A stretch of 64,000 nt of DNA from a virus, in IMG/VR virus record IMGVR_UViG_3300022930_000001, positions 32,001 to 96,000 of that record; one strand, written 5' to 3'. The notes under the pieces are model-generated. The model saw only the letters and a program-made list of their open reading frames with translations, did no database searches and was not told the origin of the DNA. The position numbers were made by a program, and so were the translations under genes. Below are positions 7,641 to 15,181 of the stretch, one piece after another. Numbering within the stretch: the first letter of the stretch is position 1; each line of letters starts with the position of its first letter.

Positions 7641-10069
7641 TGACACTTTATATAGATAATCCAAATTTAAATCTACCGATTAAAAAAACAGTAGACGGTA
7701 CAAAAGAATACAGAAACAATTGTAAATATATTGGTGAAAAGTATTATCGTATTAATGATCAAGTGTATGAAGTAGAAGGTACTTGGTATCGTAAAGAAAC
7801 AGGTAAAATTGAACTTGATCATGAATTACAAAAGTGGCAATTAAAAAATGGTAATCTTATAAAGGGTGCTGTCGGGATTAATCCCGACGGTACTCCTTTA
7901 ATAGGACATTTTTCAAGAAATCCTATTAAAAATGCAATTTGTCATTTTAGTAATTATGGAAGACTTTCTATCCTTAATGTGGATTTAATTCAAGATAATA
8001 GTTTTGTTGAAAATATGGGTAGTGGTGAGTTTGTGCAAACTATCGGTATGGGTGCAGGAAGTATTGCAAAATTGAATCGCATTCATAATGAAGTTGACCA
8101 TACTCGTAAAGGTTATAATATTGAAGATAACGCTGTAGAATTTGCAGAGAAAAAACAAGTTTATGCAGAATACAATACTAAAATTAGTAAAGATGCAAAG
8201 CTTTTTGGTAAACTATTAGGTGATACTACTTTTGGATGTGAATTAGAAACATCTGAAGGTATGCTTCCTGATTATCTTCAGTATCGTCATGGAACAATTA
8301 TATGTCGTGATGGATCAATACATGGTGGAGCAGAATATGTTACAATTCCTATGAGTGGCCCTAAAGGCATTCAAACATTACATAATTTATGTAATGATCT
8401 TAGTAAGCGTTGTAATATTGATGTTAATTGTGCATTGCATATTCATCTAGGTAATTTACCTCAAGATAGAGCATATTTAGTTTCATTGTATAATTTATTC
8501 TATAAAATACAGGATGAATTGTTTAAGATGTTTCCTTATTATAAAACAGATCCTAGAGGAGTAAAAAAGAAGAATTATTGCCAGAAATCAAAAACTATGG
8601 CGATGGCTCCTCTTAAAGATACTTCTAAAGCAGGATTTAAGGAATATGTTGATGATTACTATTATAAGCTTTTCATGTTTCTTTCTGATGGTATTCCTCC
8701 AGATGCTCATAATAATAGGAATAATAATCAACATCCTGTAAGGAACAAATGGGATCGAGTTAATCGCTTGACAAAATAGGCGCATAGTTTAGTAATAAAC
8801 TAATGAAAATTGGGTGAATTCAAAGGAAATCTTAAGTAAAATTTATTTGGTTATATGGGATTTATTATATATCTTTGCAAAAAGAATCCCACTTATGGCA
8901 ACATATGAATTACAAACAAAAGTTAGAAAAAGTGACAATAGAAAATCTTTTAAAATAGATGATCGAGTTAATGAATTTACAATTATTGATGATCAATTTT
9001 ATAAAACAAATGCTTCCAATCATTTACACTTAAAATGTAAATGTCAATGCGGAAATACTTGTTATGAAAGAGTTGATCATCTACGTGATGGTAAAAGAAA
9101 AAGTTGTCCTAAATGTACACAAGATGTTAATAATAAAAAAATTAGACCTTTTGGAGAAATGACTTCATACTCATTTATTACTTTAAAAAGTCGAGCAGTT
9201 GAACGAAATTTAGAATTTGATTTAGATATGGAATATCTTCATAATCTTTTTATTGAACAAAATCGTAAATGTGCTCTATCTAAAATGGATATAAGTATTA
9301 AAAAATTAGCATCAGGTCGTATTACTGCGTCATTAGATAGAATTGATTCCAAAAAAGGTTATATTAAAGGTAATGTACAATGGCTACATACAAGAGTTAA
9401 TATAATGAAGAGTAATATGGAAGAAATATTATTTATTAACATATGTAATTTAGTTTGTAAAAATAATCAAGAATTAATACAAGATAATTTTGATCCAAGT
9501 CTACTGAATGAATTCTCTTTTAACGAGAAAGTAAGTAGGAAGGAGCAACGACTAGAGATTGAGGATATTCAAACCAATAACATCTCCAAGAGCGCCCGAC
9601 ATCCAGAAATGGATGATGACATAGTCTGAGCTATATAGAAATATATAGAAATTAGGATAAAGAGCCTAATGATAACAAAACTGATTACGCACTTAACATG
9701 TTAAATATGCTATTTTCAGAGCGTAAAACTATAGAGCATCGTTTACATACTCCTACATTAAATTCAACTAAAGTAATAAATTGGTTGTTTATTGTAAATG
9801 CAATATGTAAATATGCTGAGAAAAATATGCAAAAAATACTAACAACTGAAGGAAATATTTCTCTTAAAGAAGTATTTAATTATTATCGTGAAGCAAATCC
9901 TGAAAATGATAGAGCGGGCTTTGTATCAGATTTTTTATGGGCTTATTATGAAAGTCGAGTTAAATCTTTTCAAAAGGATCTTAAAAATGATGATAAAATT
10001 AGTGAATGGGAGATGAAACAAGATAAAAAATACGTATTTATGTATCAAGGAATAAGTTCTTTGGTATAA
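7640..10069 (+). CDS. putative amidoligase (Amidoligase_2-like), split gene: exon 1 7640-8768, exon 2 9684-10069, 504 aa spliced
   Basis: Exon 1 has FGCELET, DGSI, EYVT, CALHIHLG and NYC. Joining 8768 to 9684 restores in-frame ...VNR-Y-YALNMLN...KTIEHRLHTPT, the conserved RY..LN...TIE.R motif. Confidence 0.87.
8846..8877 (+). promoter_or_regulatory. Bacteroidota housekeeping-sigma promoter inside the intron, upstream of the homing endonuclease
   Basis: TTTG (8846-49), 20 nt, TATCTTTG (8870-77), ending 17 nt before ATG 8895. Confidence 0.75.
8895..9629 (+). CDS. intron-encoded HNH (bba-Me) homing endonuclease
   Basis: CKCQCG..SCPKC zinc motifs, then CALS..ASLDRIDSKKGY.KGNVQW....N.MK. Likely start is ATG 8895 after the promoter (track start 8814 is GTG inside P3). 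The stop lies just after the 3' strand of P7. Confidence 0.85.
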   Translation: MATYELQTKVRKSDNRKSFKIDDRVNEFTIIDDQFYKTNASNHLHLKCKCQCGNTCYERVDHLRDGKRKSCPKCTQDVNNKKIRPFGEMTSYSFITLKSRAVERNLEFDLDMEYLHNLFIEQNRKCALSKMDISIKKLASGRITASLDRIDSKKGYIKGNVQWLHTRVNIMKSNMEEILFINICNLVCKNNQELIQDNFDPSLLNEFSFNEKVSRKEQRLEIEDIQTNNISKSARHPEMDDDIV

Positions 10070-10084
10070 AATTAAAATAAATAA

Positions 10085-10158
10085 GAACTGGTAACTTAGA
10101 TGCTTTAAAGAGATTGCCTACAAGCGATTTGACATAGGTTGGACTCCTATCCAGTTCT
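10085..10158 (+). pseudogene. degenerate tRNA-like cloverleaf (possibly derived from tRNA-Val UAC)
   Basis: gaactgg-ta-actt-agatgcttta-aaga-g-attgc-ctacaa-gcgat-ttgac-atagg-ttggact-cctat-ccagttc-t. Arm spacing is canonical, but the anticodon loop is 6 nt, the T-loop is TTGGACT, the D-loop lacks GG and no CCA is encoded. Confidence 0.55.
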
Positions 10159-10166
10159 TATTTATT

Positions 10167-10198
10167 TTTGTTATTATTAACTATTTAGAGTATCTTTG
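10167..10198 (+). promoter_or_regulatory. Bacteroidota-type promoter
   Basis: TTTG (10167-70), 20 nt, TATCTTTG (10191-98). ATG at 10203 implies a leaderless or near-leaderless transcript. Confidence 0.75.
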
Positions 10199-10202
10199 TG
10201 CC

Positions 10203-10640
10203 ATGAATACATGGACTTACAAAGGAGAAATAATAGATAATATAGATAAAGTGCCTGAAGGTGCTATTGGTTTTATATATTGCCTTACGAATATTAATAC
10301 CGGAAAGCAGTATATCGGTAAAAAATATCTTTATAGTGAACGAAAGAAAAATCTTACTAAAAAAGAAATTTCAGAACTTGCTAGTAAAAGATTAAAACAT
10401 TGGAAAACAGTTAAATCAGAAAGTGATTGGCTTACTTATAATTCTTCCTCTGAAGAAATCAAGAAAGAAATAAAAGAAGGTCAATTATTTCAGAAAGAAA
10501 TATTATATTGGACATTTAATAAAATAAGTACAACATATTTAGAAATACGTACCCAGATGGAATTACGAGTTTTAGAATCAAATATGTATTACAACAATAA
10601 TATAAATTCTAGCTGGTTTAGAGATAATATAGGAATATAA
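10203..10640 (+). CDS. free-standing GIY-YIG family endonuclease
   Basis: GFIYCLTN..TGKQYIGKK, W.TY.SS, catalytic-type E (YLE), YYN.NI. Confidence 0.8.
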   Translation: MNTWTYKGEIIDNIDKVPEGAIGFIYCLTNINTGKQYIGKKYLYSERKKNLTKKEISELASKRLKHWKTVKSESDWLTYNSSSEEIKKEIKEGQLFQKEILYWTFNKISTTYLEIRTQMELRVLESNMYYNNNINSSWFRDNIGI

Positions 10641-10649
10641 AATATATAA

Positions 10650-10907
10650 ATGAAAACAATAGCTGAAATAAGTGATAAATATGAAAATTCGGGATGTAAT
10701 GAAATAAGTTATGCTTATGAGTATGATCAGGTAGTAGATATTGCTAAAGATTATTCTTTTAAAATTTTAAAAGAACTATTAAAAGAATTATATAAGTTTA
10801 ATAGACACAGTGCAGGTGGACAAGATAGTTGTGTTGGAGTAAGAGAAGCCTACGGTAAAAATCTTATAGAAATTGTTGAAAAATATAAACATCAATTAGA
10901 AGAATAA
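10650..10907 (+). CDS. hypothetical protein
   Basis: 85-aa ORF, tightly packed in the operon. Confidence 0.65.
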   Translation: MKTIAEISDKYENSGCNEISYAYEYDQVVDIAKDYSFKILKELLKELYKFNRHSAGGQDSCVGVREAYGKNLIEIVEKYKHQLEE

Positions 10908-10910
10908 AAT

Positions 10911-12056
10911 ATGCAAAATAAAGAATACGCAGATAATTATGGTATTAGTCAAAGTCAAATCAAGAAATTCAAATTTGTTAGCCCTTTAGCGTGGAAACGT
11001 TTGTATTTAGACAAACAAACTGATGATGTAAAGGATAATCCAAGTTTTATTTTCGGTTCACTCGTCGATATACTTTGCTTTACACCAGATAGATTAGATG
11101 ATTTATTTTATGTAGGTGAAGCAGGTGAATTACCTTCAGAAGCAGTAACATGGATAATTAATGATTATTATCAAAAGATTGTTAGAAATAATCAATTTAT
11201 GATAGAACTTTCTGCAGAACTTCCTGAAGATGGTTTATTGCGAGAATTTAATTTAAATGATCGAGATCATCTTATTGATTCTGCAAATAATTATAAATTT
11301 AAAGATAAAGATGGTAATGAAAAGACTGGTTGGAATACTGGTTGGAAAGAACAAACTCGTATTGATTCTTTAATTAAAAATGGTACTAATTATTTTGAAG
11401 CTTTAAAAGCTGCAAATGGTAAAAAAGTAATATCCCAACGAATGAATATGGAAGCAATTGAATTGCGAGATATTCTTCAAAGGCATCCAAGAACAACAAA
11501 TTATTTTGTTCCTGATGAAAATAATACTCTTTTATTTCAGCTTGAAATATTTACCACTTATAAAGTAGATGATGTAGAAGTTCCAATTAAAGGTGCTTTA
11601 GATATAGTTAGGTTTAATCATAAGGATAAAACAGTGCAAATTATAGATTTTAAAACATCTTATTCTGCATTTGATTTTATTCAAAGTATTAAAAAATATG
11701 GATATGCAGAGCAGCTATCGTTCTATACTTTCCTATTAAAGCAGTGGCTAACTGAATATTGCAATGGAGAATATTGTACTTATACAATGCTTCCACCAAT
11801 TAATATTGTTATAGATAATCGTGATAAAATACCTTATAAATATTCTTATGATTGGCAAGATATTGAAATAGTTCGCTATGGTAATAAAGCCTATTTAAAG
11901 GATTTATATCAAACAGAAAATCACAATCAAAAGATTAAAACTGGTTGGGAAGAAATTCTTTGTGAAATAGCTTGGCATATGAAAACTGGAATGTGGAATG
12001 AACCTCGTGAGCTATATGAAAATGATACAATTCGTGTAAATTTAATAAATAGTTAA
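10911..12056 (+). CDS. PD-(D/E)xK nuclease (exonuclease VIII/Cas4-like superfamily)
   Basis: ISQSQIK, FGSLVD, KGALDIV...IIDFKT, Y..QLSFY. Confidence 0.82.
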   Translation: MQNKEYADNYGISQSQIKKFKFVSPLAWKRLYLDKQTDDVKDNPSFIFGSLVDILCFTPDRLDDLFYVGEAGELPSEAVTWIINDYYQKIVRNNQFMIELSAELPEDGLLREFNLNDRDHLIDSANNYKFKDKDGNEKTGWNTGWKEQTRIDSLIKNGTNYFEALKAANGKKVISQRMNMEAIELRDILQRHPRTTNYFVPDENNTLLFQLEIFTTYKVDDVEVPIKGALDIVRFNHKDKTVQIIDFKTSYSAFDFIQSIKKYGYAEQLSFYTFLLKQWLTEYCNGEYCTYTMLPPINIVIDNRDKIPYKYSYDWQDIEIVRYGNKAYLKDLYQTENHNQKIKTGWEEILCEIAWHMKTGMWNEPRELYENDTIRVNLINS

Positions 12057-12057
12057 T

Positions 12058-12291
12058 ATGGGAGCTAGAGGAGTAAAACCTAAAAAGTATAAAAATTGTT
12101 CTGAATCAGGACATAAAGGAATATTTAAAAATGCAAAAAGTAAAAAAAATCCTTATACTGCACAAATAAGTTTTTATACTAAAGGTGGTAAAAGAAATGG
12201 TGGATTATTAAAAAATATTCATCTTGGTAATTTTCCAACATTAGAAGAAGCTGTAAAAGTTAGAACAGAAACAATTGAAAATTTAATATGA
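12058..12291 (+). CDS. stand-alone AP2-like DNA-binding domain protein
   Basis: S.SGHKGI...YTAQI...IHLGNF.TLEEAVKVR, the AP2 domain pattern usually fused to phage HNH nucleases. Confidence 0.7.
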   Translation: MGARGVKPKKYKNCSESGHKGIFKNAKSKKNPYTAQISFYTKGGKRNGGLLKNIHLGNFPTLEEAVKVRTETIENLI

Positions 12292-12917
12292 CAAAGAATG
12301 ATATAGATTTAAAAATAATTATCAAGGAAGATTGCGAAATACCTACAAGTAAATATAATGGTAAATATAGTAAATCTACTTTATTTCTTTTACCGATGTT
12401 AGGTTTAAATATCCGAGATAAGTTAATAAATAAGTATTTAAAAAATACTTTTATAAATGATGAAGGAATTGAACACGTTTTTACTAACTGTTTATTCCTT
12501 CTTTTTAATGTAAAAAATCTTCGAGAAAAAGATTGGCAAGAATTATCATTAAATTTAAAACAAGATAAATATCATAGATTAGATTATTATGTAGGAATAA
12601 ATGAAAATGTTCATTTAGTAATGTTTGTAATGGAAATACCTGAACGATATATATCTGATTATAACTCGTTTTTAGAAGGTAATTATAGCAAATTTACAAT
12701 GGAATATAAGTCTAAATTTCCTGCAAGAATAAGTAATACTACCGGAGTATCTGTAGAATCTATTGTTTATGGAGCTATTTATAAAACAGATAATTTAAAA
12801 AATCTTATTTGCAAAGAATTTAATCTAGAAAGGTCGTTTGTAAATCAATTAGATGAAATTTGGGATAAATATAAAGAATCTGAAGAAATTTATCGTTTAA
12901 AACAGAATAATGAATAA
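12288..12917 (+). CDS. hypothetical protein (crAss-like conserved type)
   Basis: 209 aa, ATGA overlap, STLFLLPML...FLEGNYSKF...EIWD. Confidence 0.7.
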   Translation: MTKNDIDLKIIIKEDCEIPTSKYNGKYSKSTLFLLPMLGLNIRDKLINKYLKNTFINDEGIEHVFTNCLFLLFNVKNLREKDWQELSLNLKQDKYHRLDYYVGINENVHLVMFVMEIPERYISDYNSFLEGNYSKFTMEYKSKFPARISNTTGVSVESIVYGAIYKTDNLKNLICKEFNLERSFVNQLDEIWDKYKESEEIYRLKQNNE

Positions 12918-13272
12918 AATAACAAGAAAAGAAGTATTGACTAGTGATAGTTATCTAGATTTAATACAATATTGTGCTCAGGATAATAATCCATCATTTA
13001 ATTATAATAAGGCTTTAGAAGAATGTGGTGAATTTGCAGAAGTAATTTTAAAACTTCAAACAAAGAAAAAAGAAAGTCTTAAAGGTTTAACAAAAGAAGA
13101 TGCAATAGAAGAATATGCCCATATGGTATTACGTGGAAAAATAGCATTAATGACCTTATTTCCTGATCATACGGATTTAGAAATTACATTAAAAGTTCGT
13201 AATTACATTAATCAAAAGCTTTTTAAATTAAAAGGTTATTTAAAAGAAAATAAATATAAAAAAGGACTTTAA
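12910..13272 (+). CDS. MazG-like all-alpha NTP pyrophosphohydrolase
   Basis: KALEECGEF...AIEEYAH matches the EExxE...EExxD-type motif, with H in place of the last D. Confidence 0.55.
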   Translation: MNKITRKEVLTSDSYLDLIQYCAQDNNPSFNYNKALEECGEFAEVILKLQTKKKESLKGLTKEDAIEEYAHMVLRGKIALMTLFPDHTDLEITLKVRNYINQKLFKLKGYLKENKYKKGL

Positions 13273-13274
13273 TT

Positions 13275-14093
13275 ATGCCAGAAGAAATAAATTTAGAAAA
13301 TAATCAAAACGCAAATGCTTTTAATATACGAGAATGGTTAGTTGATCTTGATCCAATACAACACCATCTCGATGACGGTTTACATTTAGAAGATGTAAGG
13401 TTTATATCCCTGATTAAACAATATATTTTACTACATAATGATCGACCTATAAGGACTTGGAATTTAAATAGAATTCTTTTAAATACTGAAGTGGATAATT
13501 TCCAAAGAATAACGTTAATAGAAACAGAAGCTGCTGGTATTAATGGCTATCGAGGAGAATTAGAATATGGTATTAAAACCACAACTGGTGAATTATTTAT
13601 TATATGGTGGGGAGATACCCCAGCAAAACAAATAGCTCGTGAAAATAATGTGGCACCTGTTCCAGAACCTATTGGAGTAGCTGCTAGATGGGGTAATGTA
13701 CGGCAAGTTAATTTTGAAGGAGAACTTCCCGCAAATAAACCTCAAAGAAAAAAAGCAACAACAATTCCTCTTTCAAAAAAAGATTATTATATTTATCAAG
13801 GAAATAAATATGCAAAGGAATTAGATACGTATATGAAAGCACAAATTCGTGTAAATGGTCACGATCGATTTATTCTATTTAATCCTAGTTATGAATATAA
13901 AGAAAAAAAAGTCATTAATAAAAATGAAGAATGTGTTATAAATATTTATGAACTTGCAGATTTTTATACAAATAAAGAATTACGAGCAAAATATTCTGAC
14001 TTTGACATTGCAAAATACGAAACAGAATATACTGCGCTTGTTAAGATACACATTCAGAACATTAGAAAATTCAACTCAAATAATAATGGATAA
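13275..14093 (+). CDS. hypothetical protein
   Basis: 272-aa ORF in the operon. Confidence 0.7.
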   Translation: MPEEINLENNQNANAFNIREWLVDLDPIQHHLDDGLHLEDVRFISLIKQYILLHNDRPIRTWNLNRILLNTEVDNFQRITLIETEAAGINGYRGELEYGIKTTTGELFIIWWGDTPAKQIARENNVAPVPEPIGVAARWGNVRQVNFEGELPANKPQRKKATTIPLSKKDYYIYQGNKYAKELDTYMKAQIRVNGHDRFILFNPSYEYKEKKVINKNEECVINIYELADFYTNKELRAKYSDFDIAKYETEYTALVKIHIQNIRKFNSNNNG

Positions 14094-14544
14094 TAATAGA
14101 AAACAAATAATCGTTCATTTAGTAAAAACAATTACTTATCCTAAAGCTGCTTTAGATCGTAGTTATCCTTTTGATGATGCACGCCAACAAGCAATACATC
14201 ACTTATCTTCTGAAATCGGAGATATGTTTAAAAATGGACATGTTGAACATTTACCTGCAGATTTTTTTGATATTGAAATAAAAGAGGAAAGTCCTTTTGT
14301 ATTGCGAGAAACAATAAAAATGATGTATGAGGATAAACGTGGTAATTTTCGTAATAAAATAATTCTTGAAGATGCTGTTCGAGCAGTATCTGAATTATTT
14401 GTTATGAAAAAATTTAATAATGATATTTATATTACTGAAGGAAAAGAGAAAAAATTAAAACCTGAATGTGATGATACATTTAATGATATTTATTATGAAG
14501 TAATGAATATTCTTAAAACTCAAAGAAAACGAAATAATTTCTAA
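14086..14544 (+). CDS. hypothetical protein
   Basis: Track ORF 13948..14544. The in-frame ATG at 14086 (MDNNRK) overlapping the upstream stop is the more plausible start. Confidence 0.65.
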   Translation: MDNNRKQIIVHLVKTITYPKAALDRSYPFDDARQQAIHHLSSEIGDMFKNGHVEHLPADFFDIEIKEESPFVLRETIKMMYEDKRGNFRNKIILEDAVRAVSELFVMKKFNNDIYITEGKEKKLKPECDDTFNDIYYEVMNILKTQRKRNNF

Positions 14545-14735
14545 TGGAAGAAGATATTGAAAAAAATATTGAAAACTATTCTTTAGTTGAATTACAAGAA
14601 GCTATTGTAAATTTAGATGAAAAATATAAAAAATTTACAGATAAATTAGATAGAAAAAATGTAAGAAAGAATATGTTAGAATTGTATAAAATATACAATC
14701 ATAAGGTTGGATTTGATGCATTTAATATAAAATAA
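14544..14735 (+). CDS. hypothetical protein
   Basis: 63 aa, TAATG coupling, followed by a terminator. Confidence 0.65.
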   Translation: MEEDIEKNIENYSLVELQEAIVNLDEKYKKFTDKLDRKNVRKNMLELYKIYNHKVGFDAFNIK

Positions 14736-14737
14736 AA

Positions 14738-14770
14738 AAAGCCCTAGATTAATTTCTAGGGCTTTACTTT
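14738..14770. terminator. bidirectional intrinsic terminator
   Basis: aaagccctaga-ttaatt-tctagggcttt with A-run before and T-run after, between convergent genes. Confidence 0.85.
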
Positions 14771-15073
14771 TTAATAAATATTTGGCTCAGTATCTACTGA
14801 ATGAGGTTTATTATTAATAAACGTTTCATACATTTTTAAGATTTCTTCTTTAGATATTTCATTTCCGTCAATATCCTCATATTTTATAGTAATTTTACCA
14901 TTCATTAGATTTCGTATAAATACATTTTCTAAGACAGGTATAAATTTAGTAAAAGCTTCAGATACTGTTTCTATTGCTTTCAATTCTTCTCCGTTTATTT
15001 CAAATTTTTCCTCAAGATTCCAAATAGGTTTCTGACGAAATTGACGTAAATTATTATTATCGTTATTGTTCAT
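14771..15073 (-). CDS. hypothetical protein, paralog of 23310..23585
   Basis: Has its own promoter and terminator. W....F...G.EL.A and RN...GKI motifs are shared with the paralog. Confidence 0.75.
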   Translation of the reverse strand: MNNNDNNNLRQFRQKPIWNLEEKFEINGEELKAIETVSEAFTKFIPVLENVFIRNLMNGKITIKYEDIDGNEISKEEILKMYETFINNKPHSVDTEPNIY

Positions 15074-15094
15074 TTGATTAAATTATTTATACTG

Positions 15095-15126
15095 CAAAGA
15101 TAATCTAATTAAATTAATTAAACAAA
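15095..15126 (-). promoter_or_regulatory. Bacteroidota-type promoter for the isolated minus-strand gene
   Basis: On the reverse strand: TTTG (15126-23), 20 nt, TATCTTTG (15102-15095). Confidence 0.75.
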
Positions 15127-15154
15127 TAAATTTTTTAAATCAGTAAAAATAAAT

Positions 15155-15162
15155 TAAATTTG
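15155..15162 (+). promoter_or_regulatory. -7 element of a divergent promoter for nrdJ
   Basis: TAAATTTG ending 19 nt before ATG 15182. The -33 box is not consensus. Confidence 0.5.
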
Positions 15163-15181
15163 CAGAAACTAATAAAAATAT

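Larger units (their letters stand above)
8769..9683 (+). ncRNA. group I self-splicing intron (phage IA2-like) in the amidoligase gene
   Basis: The 5' exon ends in U (8768), paired U.G in P1 (cgcuug 8765-8770 / uaggcg 8777-8782). P2 uaguuua..uaaacua; P3 ugggug (8811-16) / cgcccg (9593-98); P7 gacua (9550-54) / uaguc (9622-26); P8 caucca..uggaug; two P9 hairpins; terminal G at 9683. Removal restores the reading frame. Confidence 0.9.

Noticed and set aside
8814-8894. Track start of the HNH ORF at 8814
   Set aside because: It is a GTG inside the intron P3 strand and upstream of the internal promoter. ATG 8895 is better supported.
9698-10069. 123-aa ORF as an independent gene
   Set aside because: It is exon 2 of the amidoligase. 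Splicing restores RYYALN in frame.
10085-10158. Functional canonical tRNA-Val
   Set aside because: The 6-nt anticodon loop, non-consensus T and D loops and missing CCA argue against it. Kept only as a tRNA-like element.
10911-12056. Cas4/CRISPR system
   Set aside because: No repeat-spacer array or other cas genes were seen, and no clear four-Cys Fe-S motif. A generic phage PD-(D/E)xK nuclease fits better.
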